This document shows, piece after piece, positions 27,901-42,900 of a DNA stretch of 64,000 nucleotides. This DNA is from Glaucostegus cemiculus (lineage: Eukaryota). The stretch spans positions 6,200,001-6,264,000 of the forward strand of contig CDPCPM010000017.1 in the NCBI GenBank assembly GCA_976551045.1. Reading direction: 5' to 3'. Below the pieces are notes generated by a model. The model did no database searches and was not told the DNA's origin. It worked only from the letters and a program-made list of their open reading frames with translations. A program made the position numbers and the translations under genes. Position 1 is the stretch's first letter, and each line of letters opens with the position of its first letter.

Positions 27901-30900
27901 AACTGGCACAACTGAATCCACCAGCAGTTCCACAGCAGGTAAGTGAGAGTCCTTACAGCAAACAGTGGAAAACTTTGAAACAAAGCGCAGCCTCCTCTAA
28001 CACTTCTCACTGATATTAGCATTTGTTACTTTTTTAACCTTCATGCTGCAAACATATCTCCGTAAATGTGTCACATTAGTAGCGAAACAATTAGATAGTT
28101 ATTATAGAATCTTTAAAAAGCTAAGGAAATGTGATGGAATTCAGTTGGTGTCTTCTGCTTCTCCCTGCCGTGCAAGAAGGAAAATCTAGCTGGCGTGGTT
28201 GAGTCTAATATTCTTTTCTTGTATTTCAAAAATCAGAAACAACATCAACAACCGAGACCACTACCAGTACAACAACCACAACCACAACAGGTGAGTTACA
28301 ATATCTTTCAAAAACGACAGCATGACCTTAAGCAACTCTGTGGCCTGTCAACTCCAGATCTATCTGTTCTGCAATCAGGAAAATTCACCCGTATCCGCGA
28401 CACTCAACATTAAATTGATTCATAGCTTGCTCAAAAAATTACAATGACCTACCGCTCAAGTATTCGAATAACTTCTGAATTCAGGAGGGAACTTGTGGTT
28501 CTGACTACCTTCATAGTTTCAAAAGGCGCAGGGAGCTTGGCATCTACCATTGGACGTGGATGTCAATCTTCCGGCAGCAGAGCCTTTTCACAAAAAGGGC
28601 TCTTCTCATAAAAGAGTGATTCAATTTCATGTACGCAGTGCTTTAGCTTTGGCACCTCAACTCTGCGGAAATCCAACTTTTCAGGAGGTTGCCACTTGCT
28701 TTCCGAAAGTGTCTTTTCTCACTCACACAATGGGAATAAATATCACGGCAGTTTTGGACAAAGATATTCTGATAAAGATCATCATCTCAAGCATCACATG
28801 CCTCCTAAAAGAGGTGTGCATTTGATCAAGAGATTGTCAGTATGAATGACCAACCAGATCTCATGTAAAATTCCTCCATGTACTCAAATCAGGAAAGCAT
28901 CATCAAGGTTTGACGATTTTAGCACAGTCCACTTTATAATCGCTAACTCTTCGTGGATTGATGCGCTTATGCAATGCAAGTCGTCTTCAGTGAGTGAAAA
29001 TGCATTTATTCTTTCACCAGAAACAACACCATCTACATCAACAGCTCCCACAAGTGTGTCCACCACCAGTTCTACAACAGGTCAGTCACGTTCCTTTCAA
29101 TACACATTGAAACACAGTAAGAAAAAGAGTGGATCTTTCTAACATCACTTGCATGGCTTCATTTCTCCAGCACCTTTGCATGATTTATGAACGTATATGC
29201 TGTATGTAAAAGAAACGGACGTCGATATCGATCACATATTGGTTCAAAGTTAGTCGACCAACTTACCAATAGAATCTTCACAATGCTTAGGAAATCAGGA
29301 GGACCTGGCATGGTGTCTTCTGCTTCCCACTATCTTCCATACATTCAGCTGGAACGGGCAAAACTTGGCTGCTGTACCTGATTATCACATTCCTTTCTTT
29401 TATTAGGAACAGCACCAACGACATCAGCAACTGTGACCACAACCAGTACCACATCAGGTCAGTAAGACCATCTTTCAAAACCGTTAGCATTTCCTTCACC
29501 ACCTCTGGGCTCGGTTAATTGATGTTCCATTAACTCTAGCGTCACTAACATTCCACCATAGTTTTGCGGAAAGAAATAACAAATTCTCACCTTGAAGATG
29601 TGGGGTACAACCCAGGAATGAAGTAGGGGCCTCGTGCTAATGACTCCCCTCAGTACTTCCAAGAAGAGCAATGTGCTTGGCACATATCAATCCACGTTGA
29701 TTGGTAGTTTCGGCACCAAGAAACCAAAACCTTGCCAGAAAAGCCCCTTCTCTACCTCATACAGACACAACCTCAGGATATTTGGTATTAGCTAGGTGAT
29801 TGAATATAGTCCATTGTCAGCTAAGTACTGCAGAGCAGAGGAATGATGAGATTCTGGATACATTGCTGGATGTGCCACACCTCGATCTTCTCAAACTCTG
29901 TCAGTGAAGCAGTTCAACAGAACTCTTCCCAAAGTCAGCTTCTCACTTTCATACTTCTGTCCATGTAACAAGAATCAACTCAGATTCACATAAAAGTTTT
30001 CTGAAAATATTTATAATCTCATGGATCACAAGCTTACTAAGTACTGTGCATGAGATCAAGATTTTGTCATTATCTCCGACGAAACAGAGATCAATTTGTG
30101 TCTGAACATCATCAGCTCCGCCGTCGTGAAGATGATTTGAAAAATTCAAGCCAGTCTGAACAATATATGCTGAATCATAGCAAATCTGACCGCCTGCTCT
30201 TCCAATTTAAGTTTGTAGTACCAGTTGTAACACACTTGTACTGTTTCTCCAGGAACAACACCATCAGTAACTGGCACAACTGAATCCACCAGCAGTTCCA
30301 CAGCAGGTAAGTGAGAGTCCTTACAGCAAACACTGGCAAACTTTAAACCAAAGTGCAGCCTCTTCTAACACTTCTCACTGCTATTAGCATTTGTTACTTT
30401 TTTAACCTTCATGCTGTAAAAATATCTCCGTAAATCTGTCACATTAGGAGCAAAACAATTAGATAGTTATAGAATCTTGAAAAAGCTAAGGAAATGTGAA
30501 GGAATTCAGTTGGTGTCTTCTGCTTCTCACCGCCTTTAATGCTTTCTGCTGCAAGAAGAAAAATCCAGCGGCCGTCGTTGAGTCTAATATTCTTTTCCTT
30601 TATTTCAAAAATCAGAAACAACAGCAGCAACCGAGACAACTACCACTACTACAACCACAACCATAACAGGTGAGTAACAATATCATTCAAAAATGTCACC
30701 ATGACCTTCAGCAACTCTGTGGCCTTCCAACTCCAGCTCTTTCTGTTCTGCCATCAGGAAAATTCACCCAAGTGTTCACGACACTCAACACTACATTGAT
30801 TCATACCTTTGCTCAAAAAATTACCATGACCTCCCGCTCAATTAATCAAATAACTTATGAACTCAGGAGGGAACTTGTGGTTCTGACAGCCCTTCATAAT

Positions 30901-33900
30901 TTCAAAAGGCACAGGGAGCTTGGCATCTTCCATTGGACGTGGATGTCAATTTCTGCAGCAGAGCCTGTTCACAAAAAAGGCTCTTCTCGTAAAAGAGAGA
31001 TTCCATTTCATGTACGCAGTGCTTTAGCTTTGGCACCTCAACTCTGTGAAACTCCAACTTTTCAGGAGGTTGCCATTTGCTTCCCGAAAGTGCCTTTACT
31101 CATTCACACAACTGGAATAAATATCACTGCAGTTTTGGACAAAGATATTCTGATAAAGATCATCATCTCAAGGAACACAAGCTTCCTAAAAGAGGTGTGG
31201 ATTTCATCAAGAGATTGTCAGTATGAATGACCAAGCAGATGTCATGTAAAATGCCTCCATGTACTCAAATCAGGAAAGCATCATCAAGGTTTGACGATTT
31301 TAGCACAGTCCTCTTTATTATTGCTAACTCGTCCTGGATTGTTGTGCTTATGCAATGCAAGTCGTCTTCAGTGAGTGAAAATGCATTTATTCTTTCACCA
31401 GAAACAACACCATCCACATCAACAACTCCCACAAGTGTGTCCACCACCGGTTCTACAACAGGTCAGTCACGTTCCTTTCAATACACATTGAAACACCTTA
31501 AGGAAAAGAGTGGATCTTTCTAACATCACTTGCATGGCTTCATTTCTCCAGCACTTTTGCATGACTTATGAACGTATATGCTGAATGTTAATTAAACGTA
31601 CATCTATATCGATCACATATTGGTTCAAAGTTAGTCGACCAACTTACCAATAGAATCTTCACAATGCTTAGGAAATCAGGAGGACCTGGCATGGTGTCTT
31701 CTGCTTCCCACTATCTTCCATACATTCAGCTGGAACGGGCAAAACTTGGCTGCTGTATCTGATTATCACATTCCTTTCTTTTATTAGGAACAGCACCAAC
31801 GACATCAGCAACTGTGACCACAACCAGTACCACATCAGGTCAGTAAGACCATCTTTCACAATCGTTAGCATTTCCTTCAGCACCTCTGGGCTCTGTTAAA
31901 TTAAGTTCCATTAACTTGAGCATCAGTAACATTCCTACATAGTTTTGCTGAAAGAAATTAGAAATCCTCACTGGGACATAGCCCAGGAATGAAGCAGGGG
32001 CCTCGTGCTACTGACTCCCCTCAGTACTTCCAAAAAGAGCAATGAGCTTGGCACATATCAATCCACATTGATTGGTAGTTTCGGCACCAAGACACCAAAA
32101 CCTTGTCAGAAAAGCCCCTTCTCTACCTTATACGGACACAGCCTCAGGATATTTGGTAATAGCTAGATGATTGAGTTTAGTCCATTGTCAGCTCAGTACT
32201 GCAGAGTAAAGGAATGATGAGATTCTGGATAGATTGCTGGATGTGTCGCACCTCGATCTTCTCAAACTCTGTCAGTGAAGGAGTTCAACAGAACTCATCC
32301 CAAAGTTAGCTTCTCACTTTCATACCTCTGTGCATGTAACAAGAATCAATTCAGATTCACATAAAGGTATTCTGAAAATATTTATAATCTCATTGTTCAC
32401 AAGCTTACTAAGTAGTGTGAATGAGATCAAGATTTTGACATTATATCTGACGAAACAGAAATCAATTTGTGTCTGAACATCATCAGCTCCGCCGTCATGA
32501 AGACGATTAGAAAAATTCAAGCCAGTCTGAACAATATATGCTGAATCATATCAAATCTGACCGCCTGCTCTTGCAATTTAAGTTTGTAGTACCAGTTGTA
32601 ACACACTTGTACTTTTTCTCCAGGAACAACACCATCAGTAACTGGCACAACTGAATCCACCAGCAGTTCCACAGCAGGTAAGTGAGAGTCCTTACAGCAA
32701 ACAGTGGAAAACTTTGAAACAAAGCGCAGCCTCCTCTAACACTTCTCACTGATATTAGCATTTGTTACTTTTTTAACCTTCATGCTGCAAACATATCTCC
32801 GTAAATGTGTCACATTAGTAGCGAAACAATTAGATAGTTATTATAGAATCTTTAAAAAGCTAAGGAAATGTGATGGAATTCAGTTGGTGTCTTCTGCTTC
32901 TCCCTGCCGTGCAAGAAGGAAAATCTAGCTGGCGTGGTTGAGTCTAATATTCTTTTCTTGTATTTCAAAAATCAGAAACAACATCAACAACCGAGACCAC
33001 TACCAGTACAACAACCACAACCACAACAGGTGAGTAACAATATCTTTCAAAAACGACAGCATGACCTTAAGCAACTCTGTGGCCTGTCAACTCCAGATCT
33101 ATCTGTTCTGCAATCAGGAAAATTCACCCGTATCCGCGACACTCAACATTAAATTGATTCATAGCTTGCTCAAAAAATTACAATGACCTACCGCTCAAGT
33201 ATTCGAATAACTTCTGAATTCAGGAGGGAACTTGTGGTTCTGACTACCTTCATAGTTTCAAAAGGCGCAGGGAGCTTGGCATCTACCATTGGACGTGGAT
33301 GTCAATCTTCCGGCAGCAGAGCCTTTTCACAAAAAGGGCTCTTCTCATAAAAGAGTGATTCAATTTCATGTACGCAGTGCTTTAGCTTTGGCACCTCAAC
33401 TCTGCGGAAATCCAACTTTTCAGGAGGTTGCCACTTGCTTTCCGAAAGTGTCTTTTCTCACTCACACAATGGGAATAAATATCACGGCAGTTTTGGACAA
33501 AGATATTCTGATAAAGATCATCATCTCAAGCATCACATGCCTCCTAAAAGAGGTGTGCATTTGATCAAGAGATTGTCAGTATGAATGACCAACCAGATCT
33601 CATGTAAAATTCCTCCATGTACTCAAATCAGGAAAGCATCATCAAGGTTTGACGATTTTAGCACAGTCCACTTTATAATCGCTAACTCTTCGTGGATTGA
33701 TGCGCTTATGCAATGCAAGTCGTCTTCAGTGAGTGAAAATGCATTTATTCTTTCACCAGAAACAACACCATCTACATCAACAGCTCCCACAAGTGTGTCC
33801 ACCACCAGTTCTACAACAGGTCAGTCACGTTCCTTTCAATACACATTGAAACACAGTAAGAAAAAGAGTGGATCTTTCTAACATCACTTGCATGGCTTCA

Positions 33901-36900
33901 TTTCTCCAGCACCTTTGCATGATTTATGAACGTATATGCTGTATGTAAAAGAAACGGACGTCGATATCGATCACATATTGGTTCAAAGTTAGTCGACCAA
34001 CTTACCAATAGAATCTTCACAATGCTTAGGAAATCAGGAGGACCTGGCATGGTGTCTTCTGCTTCCCACTATCTTCCATACATTCAGCTGGAACGGGCAA
34101 AACTTGGCTGCTGTACCTGATTATCACATTCCTTTCTTTTATTAGGAACAGCACCAACGACATCAGCAACTGTGACCACAACCAGTACCACATCAGGTCA
34201 GTAAGACCATCTTTCAAAACCGTTAGCATTTCCTTCACCACCTCTGGGCTCGGTTAATTGATGTTCCATTAACTCTAGCGTCACTAACATTCCACCATAG
34301 TTTTGCGGAAAGAAATAACAAATTCTCACCTTGAAGATGTGGGGTACAACCCAGGAATGAAGTAGGGGCCTCGTGCTAATGACTCCCCTCAGTACTTCCA
34401 AGAAGAGCAATGTGCTTGGCACATATCAATCCACGTTGATTGGTAGTTTCGGCACCAAGAAACCAAAACCTTGCCAGAAAAGCCCCTTCTCTACCTCATA
34501 CAGACACAACCTCAGGATATTTGGTAATAGCTAGATGATTGAATATAGTCCATTGTCAGCTAAGTACTGCAGAGTAGAGGAATGATGAGATTCTGGATAC
34601 ATTGCTGGATGTGCCGCACCTCGATCTTCTCAAACTCTGTCAGTGAAGCACTTCAACAGAACTCTTCCCAAAGTCAGCTTCTCACTTTCATGCTTCTGTC
34701 CATGTAACAAGAATCAACTCAGATTCACATAAAAGTTTTCTGAAAATATTTATAATCTCATGGATCACAAGCTTACTAAGAACTGTGCATGAGATCAAGA
34801 TTTTGTCATTATCTCCGACAAAACAGAGATCAATTTGTGTCTGAACATCATCAGCTCCGCCGTCGTGAAGATGATTTGAAAAATTCAAGCCAGTCTGAAC
34901 AATATATGCTGAATCATATCAAATCTGACCGCCTGCTCTTGCAATTTAAGTTTGTAGTACCAGTTGTAACACACTTGTACTTTTTCTCCAGGAACAACAC
35001 CATCAGTAACTGGCACAACTGAATCCACCAGCAGTTCCACAGCAGGTAAGTGAGAGTCCTTACAGCAAACACTGGCAAACTTTAAACCAAAGTGCAGCCT
35101 CTTCTAACACTTCTCACTGCTATTAGCATTTGTTACTTTTTTAACCTTCATGCTGTAAAAATATCTCCGTAAATCTGTCACATTAGGAGCAAAACAATTA
35201 GATAGTTATAGAATCTTGAAAAAGCTAAGGAAATGTGAAGGAATTCAGTTGGTGTCTTCTGCTTCTCACCGCCTTTAATGCTTTCTGCTGCAAGAAGAAA
35301 AATCCAGCGGCCGTCGTTGAGTCTAATATTCTTTTCTTTTATTTCAAAAATCAGAAACAGCAGCAGCAACCGAGACAACTACCACTACTACAACCACAAC
35401 CATAACAGGTGAGTAACAATATCATTCAAAAATGTCACCATGACCTTCAGCAACTCTGTGGCCTTCCAACTCCAGCTCTTTCTGTTCTGCCATCAGGAAA
35501 TTCACCCAAGGGTCCACGACACTCAACACTACATTGATTCATACCTTTGCTCAAAAAATTACCATGACCTCCCGCTCAATTAATCAAATAACTTATGAAC
35601 TCAGGAGGGAACTTGTGGTTCTGACAGCCCTTCATATTTTCAAAAGGCACAGGGAGCTTGGCATCTTCCATTGGACGTGGATGTCAATCTTCTGCAGCAG
35701 AGCCTTTTCACAAAAAAGGCTCTTCTCGTAAAAGAGAGATTCCATTTCATGTACGCAGTGCTTTAGCTTTGGCACCTCAACTCTGTGAAACTCCAACTTT
35801 TCAGGAGGTTGCCATTTGCTTCCCGAAAGTGCCTTTACTCATTCACACAACTGGAATAAATATCACTGCAGTTTTGGACAAAGATATTCTGATAAAGATC
35901 ATCATCTCAAGGAACACAAGCTTCCTAAAAGAGGTGTGGATTTCATCAAGAGATTGTCAGTATGAATGACCAAGCAGATGTCATGTAAAATGCCTCCATG
36001 TACTCAAATCAGGAAAGCATCATCAAGGTTTGACGACTATACCACAGTCCTCTTTATTATTGCTAACTCGTCCTGGATTGTTGTGCTTATGCAATGCAAG
36101 TCGTCTTCAGTGAGTGAAAATGCATTTATTCTTTCACCAGAAACAACACCATCCACATCAACAACTCCCACAAGTGTGTCCACCACCGGTTCTACAACAG
36201 GTCAGTCACGTTCCTTTCAATACACATTGAAACACCTTAAGGAAAAGAGTGGATCTTTCTAACATCACTTGCATGGCTTCATTTCTCCAGCACTTTTGCA
36301 TGACTTATGAACGTATATGCTGAATGTTAATTAAACGTACATCTATATCGATCACATATTGGTTCAAAGTTAGTCGACCAACTTACCAATAGAATCTTCA
36401 CAATGCTTAGGAAATCAGGAGGACCTGGCATGGTGTCTTCTGCTTCCCACTATCTTCCATACATTCAGCTGGAACGGGCAAAACTTGGCTGCTGTATCTG
36501 ATTATCACATTCCTTTCTTTTATTAGGAACAGCACCAACGACATCAGCAACTGTGACCACAACCAGTACCACATCAGGTCAGTAAGACCATCTTTCACAA
36601 TCGTTAGCATTTCCTTCAGCACCTCTGGGCTCTGTTAAATTAAGTTCCATTAACTTGAGCATCAGTAACATTCCTACATAGTTTTGCTGAAAGAAATTAG
36701 AAATCCTCACTGGGACATAGCCCAGGAATGAAGCAGGGGCCTCGTGCTACTGACTCCCCTCAGTACTTCCAAAAAGAGCAATGAGCTTGGCACATATCAA
36801 TCCACATTGATTGGTAGTTTCGGCACCAAGACACCAAAACCTTGTCAGAAAAGCCCCTTCTCTACCTTATACGGACACAGCCTCAGGATATTTGGTAATA

Positions 36901-39900
36901 GCTAGATGATTGAGTTTAGTCCATTGTCAGCTCAGTACTGCAGAGTAAAGGAATGATGAGATTCTGGATAGATTGCTGGATGTGTCGCACCTCGATCTTC
37001 TCAAACTCTGTCAGTGAAGGAGTTCAACAGAACTCATCCCAAAGTTAGCTTCTCACTTTCATACCTCTGTGCATGTAACAAGAATCAATTCAGATTCACA
37101 TAAAGGTATTCTGAAAATATTTATAATCTCATTGTTCACAAGCTTACTAAGTAGTGTGAATGAGATCAAGATTTTGACATTATCTCTGACGAAACAGAAA
37201 TCAATTTGTGTCTGAACATCATCAGCTCCGCCGTCATGAAGACGATTAGAAAAATTCAAGCCAGTCTGAACAATATATGCTGAATCATATCAAATCTGAC
37301 CGCCTGCTCTTGCAATTTAAGTTTGTAGTACCAGTTGTAACACACTTGTACTTTTTCTCCAGGAACAACACCATCAGTAACTGGCACAACTGAATCCACC
37401 AGCAGTTCCACAGCAGGTAAGTGAGAGTCCTTACAGCAAACAGTGGAAAACTTTGAAACAAAGCGCAGCCTCCTCTAACACTTCTCACTGATATTAGCAT
37501 TTGTTACTTTTTTAACCTTCATGCTGCAAACATATCTCCGTAAATGTGTCACATTAGTAGCAAAACAATTAGATAGTTATTATAGAATCTTTAAAAAGCT
37601 AAGGAAATGTGATGGAATTCAGTTGGTGTCTTCTGCTTCTCCCTGCCGTGCAAGAAGGAAAATCTAGCTGGCGTGGTTGAGTCTAATATTCTTTTCTTGT
37701 ATTTCAAAAATCAGAAACAACATCAACAACCGAGACCACTACCAGTACAACAACCACAACCACAACAGGTGAGTAACAATATCTTTCAAAAACGACAGCA
37801 TGACCTTAAGCAACTCTGTGGCCTGTCAACTCCAGATCTATCTGTTCTGCAATCAGGAAAATTCACCCGTATCCGCGACACTCAACATTAAATTGATTCA
37901 TAGCTTGCTCAAAAAATTACAATGACCTACCGCTCAAGTATTCGAATAACTTCTGAATTCAGGAGGGAACTTGTGGTTCTGACTACCTTCATAGTTTCAA
38001 AAGGCGCAGGGAGCTTGGCATCTACCATTGGACGTGGATGTCAATCTTCCGGCAGCAGAGCCTTTTCACAAAAAGGGCTCTTCTCATAAAAGAGTGATTC
38101 AATTTCATGTACGCAGTGCTTTAGCTTTGGCACCTCAACTCTGCGGAAATCCAACTTTTCAGGAGGTTGCCACTTGCTTTCCGAAAGTGTCTTTTCTCAC
38201 TCACACAATGGGAATAAATATCACGGCAGTTTTGGACAAAGATATTCTGATAAAGATCATCATCTCAAGCATCACATGCCTCCTAAAAGAGGTGTGCATT
38301 TGATCAAGAGATTGTCAGTATGAATGACCAACCAGATCTCATGTAAAATTCCTCCATGTACTCAAATCAGGAAAGCATCATCAAGGTTTGACGATTTTAG
38401 CACAGTCCACTTTATAATCGCTAACTCTTCGCGGATTGATGCGCTTATGCAATGCAAGTCGTCTTCAGTGAGTGAAAATGCATTTATTCTTTCACCAGAA
38501 ACAACACCATCTACATCAACAGCTCCCACAAGTGTGTCCACCACCAGTTCTACAACAGGTCAGTCACGTTCCTTTCAATACACATTGAAACACAGTAAGA
38601 AAAAGAGTGGATCTTTCTAACATCACTTGCATGGCTTCATTTCTCCAGCACCTTTGCATGATTTATGAACGTATATGCTGTATGTAAAAGAAACGGACGT
38701 CGATATCGATCACATATTGGTTCAAAGTTAGTCGACCAACTTACCAATAGAATCTTCACAATGCTTAGGAAATCAGGAGGACCTGGCATGGTGTCTTCTG
38801 CTTCCCACTATCTTCCATACATTCAGCTGGAACGGGCAAAACTTGGCTGCTGTACCTGATTATCACATTCCTTTCTTTTATTAGGAACAGCACCAACGAC
38901 ATCAGCAACTGTGACCACAACCAGTACCACATCAGGTCAGTAAGACCATCTTTCAAAACCGTTAGCATTTCCTTCACCACCTCTGGGCTCGGTTAATTGA
39001 TGTTCCATTAACTCTAGCGTCACTAACATTCCACCATAGTTTTGCGGAAAGAAATAACAAATTCTCACCTTGAAGATGTGGGGTACAACCCAGGAATGAA
39101 GTAGGGGCCTCGTGCTAATGACTCCCCTCAGTACTTCCAAGAAGAGCAATGTGCTTGGCACATATCAATCCACGTTGATTGGTAGTTTCGGCACCAAGAA
39201 ACCAAAACCTTGCCAGAAAAGCCCCTTCTCTACCTCATACAGACACAACCTCAGGATATTTGGTAATAGCTAGATGATTGAATATAGTCCATTGTCAGCT
39301 AAGTACTGCAGAGTAGAGGAATGATGAGATTCTGGATACATTGCTGGATGTGCCGCACCTCGATCTTCTCAAACTCTGTCAGTGAAGCACTTCAACAGAA
39401 CTCTTCCCAAAGTCAGCTTCTCACTTTCATGCTTCTGTCCATGTAACAAGAATCAACTCAGATTCACATAAAAGTTTTCTGAAAATATTTATAATCTCAT
39501 GGATCACAAGCTTACTAAGAACTGTGCATGAGATCAAGATTTTGTCATTATCTCCGACAAAACAGAGATCAATTTGTGTCTGAACATCATCAGCTCCGCC
39601 GTCGTGAAGATGATTTGAAAAATTCAAGCCAGTCTGAACAATATATGCTGAATCATATCAAATCTGACCGCCTGCTCTTGCAATTTAAGTTTGTAGTACC
39701 AGTTGTAACACACTTGTACTTTTTCTCCAGGAACAACACCATCAGTAACTGGCACAACTGAATCCACCAGCAGTTCCACAGCAGGTAAGTGAGAGTCCTT
39801 ACAGCAAACACTGGCAAACTTTAAACCAAAGTGCAGCCTCTTCTAACACTTCTCACTGCTATTAGCATTTGTTACTTTTTTAACCTTCATGCTGTAAAAA

Positions 39901-42900
39901 TATCTCCGTAAATCTGTCACATTAGGAGCAAAACAATTAGATAGTTATAGAATCTTGAAAAAGCTAAGGAAATGTGAAGGAATTCAGTTGGTGTCTTCTG
40001 CTTCTCACCGCCTTTAATGCTTTCTGCTGCAAGAAGAAAAATCCAGCGGCCGTCGTTGAGTCTAATATTCTTTTCTTTTATTTCAAAAATCAGAAACAGC
40101 AGCAGCAACCGAGACAACTACCACTACTACAACCACAACCATAACAGGTGAGTAACAATATCATTCAAAAATGTCACCATGACCTTCAGCAACTCTGTGG
40201 CCTTCCAACTCCAGCTCTTTCTGTTCTGCCATCAGGAAATTCACCCAAGGGTCCACAACACTCAACACTACATTGATTCATACCTTTGCTCAAAAAATTA
40301 CCATGACCTCCCGCTCAATTAATCAAATAACTTATGAACTCAGGAGGGAACTTGTGGTTCTGACAGCCCTTCATATTTTCAAAAGGCACAGGGAGCTTGG
40401 CATCTTCCATTGGACGTGGATGTCAATCTTCTGCAGCAGAGCCTTTTCACAAAAAAGGCTCTTCTCGTAAAAGAGAGATTCCATTTCATGTACGCAGTGC
40501 TTTAGCTTTGGCACCTCAACTCTGTGAAACTCCAACTTTTCAGGAGGTTGCCATTTGCTTCCCGAAAGTGCCTTTACTCATTCACACAACTGGAATAAAT
40601 ATCACTGCAGTTTTGGACAAAGATATTCTGATAAAGATCATCATCTCAAGGAACACAAGCTTCCTAAAAGAGGTGTGGATTTCATCAAGAGATTGTCAGT
40701 ATGAATGACCAAGCAGATGTCATGTAAAATGCCTCCATGTACTCAAATCAGGAAAGCATCATCAAGGTTTGACGACTTTAGCACAGTCCTCTTTATTATT
40801 GCTAACTCGTCCTGGATTGTTGTGCTTATGCAATGCAAGTCGTCTTCAGTGAGTGAAAATGCATTTATTCTTTCACCAGAAACAACACCATCCACATCAA
40901 CAACTCCCACAAGTGTGTCCACCACCGGTTCTACAACAGGTCAGTCAAGTTCCTTTCAATACACATTGAAACACCTTAAGGAAAAGAGTGGATCTTTCTA
41001 ACATCACTTGCATGGCTTCATTTCTCCAGCACTTTTGCATGACTTATGAACGTATATGCTGAATGTTAATTAAACGTACATCTATATCGATCACATAATG
41101 GTTCAAAGTTAGTCAACCAACTTACCAATAGAATTTTCAAAATGCTTAGGAAATCAGGAGGACCTGGGATGGTGTCTTCTGCTTCCCACTGTCTTCCATA
41201 CATTCAGCTGGAACGGGCAAAACTTGGCTGCTGTATCTGATTATCACATTCCTTTCTTTTATTAGGAACAGCACCAACGACATCAGCAACTGTGACCACA
41301 ACCAGTACCACAACAGGTCAGTAAGACCATCTTTCACAATCGTTAGCATTTCCTTCAGCACCTCTGGGCTCTGTTAAATTAAGTTCCATTAACTTGAGCA
41401 TCAGTAACATTCCTACATAGTTTTGCTGAAAGAAATTAGAAATCCTCACTGGGACATAGCCCAGGAATGAAGCAGGGGCCTCGTGCTACTGACTCCCCTC
41501 AGTACTTCCAAAAAGAGCAATGAGCTTGGCACATATCAATCCACATTGATTGGTAGTTTCGGCACCAAGACACCAAAACCTTGTCAGAAAAGCCCCTTCT
41601 CTACCTCATACAGACACAACCTCAGGATATTTGGTAATAGCTAGATGATTGAGTTTAGTCCATTGTCAGCTAAGTACTGCAGAGTAAAGGAATGATGAGA
41701 TTCTGGATAGATTGCTGGATGTGCCGCACCTCGATCTTCTCAAACTCTGTCAGTGAAGGAGTTCAACAGAACTCAACCCAAAGTTAGCTTCTCACTTTCA
41801 TACTTCTGTGCATGTAACAAGAATCAATTCAGATTCACATAAAGGTATTCTGAAAATATTTATAATCTCATTGTTCACAAGCTTCCTAAGTAGTGTGAAT
41901 GAGATCAAGATTTTGACATTATCTCTGACGAAACAGAAATCAATTTGTGTCTGAACATCATCAGCTCCGCCGTCATGAAGACGATTTGAAAAATTCAAGC
42001 CAGTCTGAACAATATATGCTGAATCATATCAAATCTGACCGCCTGCTCTTGCAATTTAAGTTTGTAGTACCAGTTGTAACACACTTGTACTTTTTCTCCA
42101 GGAACAACACCATCAGTAACTGGCACAACTGAATCCACCAGCAGTTCCACAGCAGGTAACTGAGAGTCCTTACAGCAAACATTGGAAAACTTTAAAACAA
42201 AGCGCAGCCTCCTCTGACACTTCTCACTGCTATTAGCATTTGTTACTTTTTTAACCTTCATGCTGGAAACATATCTCCGTAAATGTGTCACATTAGTAGC
42301 GAAACAATTAGATAGTTATTATAGAATCTTTAAAAAGCTAAGGAAATGTCAAGGAATTCAGTTGGTGTCTTCTGCTTCACCCTGCCATAAATACTATAAG
42401 GTGCAAGAAGGAAAATCTAGCTGGCGTGGTTGAGTCTAATATTCTTTTCTTGTATTTCAAAAATCAGAAACAACATCAACAACCGAGACCACTACCAGTA
42501 CAACAACCACAACCACAACAGGTGAGTAACAATATCTTTCAAAAACGACAGCATGACCTTCAGCAACTCTGTGGCCTATCAACTCCAGATCTATCTGTTC
42601 TACAATCAGGAAAATTCACCCGTATCCGCGACACTCAACATTAAATTGATTCATAGCTTTGCTCAAAAAATCACAATGACCTACCGCTCAAGTATTCGAA
42701 TAACTTCTGAATTCAGGAGGGAACTTGCGGTTCTGACTACCTTCATAGTTTCAAAAGGCGCAGGGAGCTTGGCATCTTCCATTGCACGTGGATGTCAATC
42801 TTCCGGCAGCAGAGCCTTTTCACAAAAAGGGCTCTTCTCATAAAAGAGTGATTCAATTTCATGTACGCAGTGCTTTAGCTTTGGCACCTCAACTCTGCGG

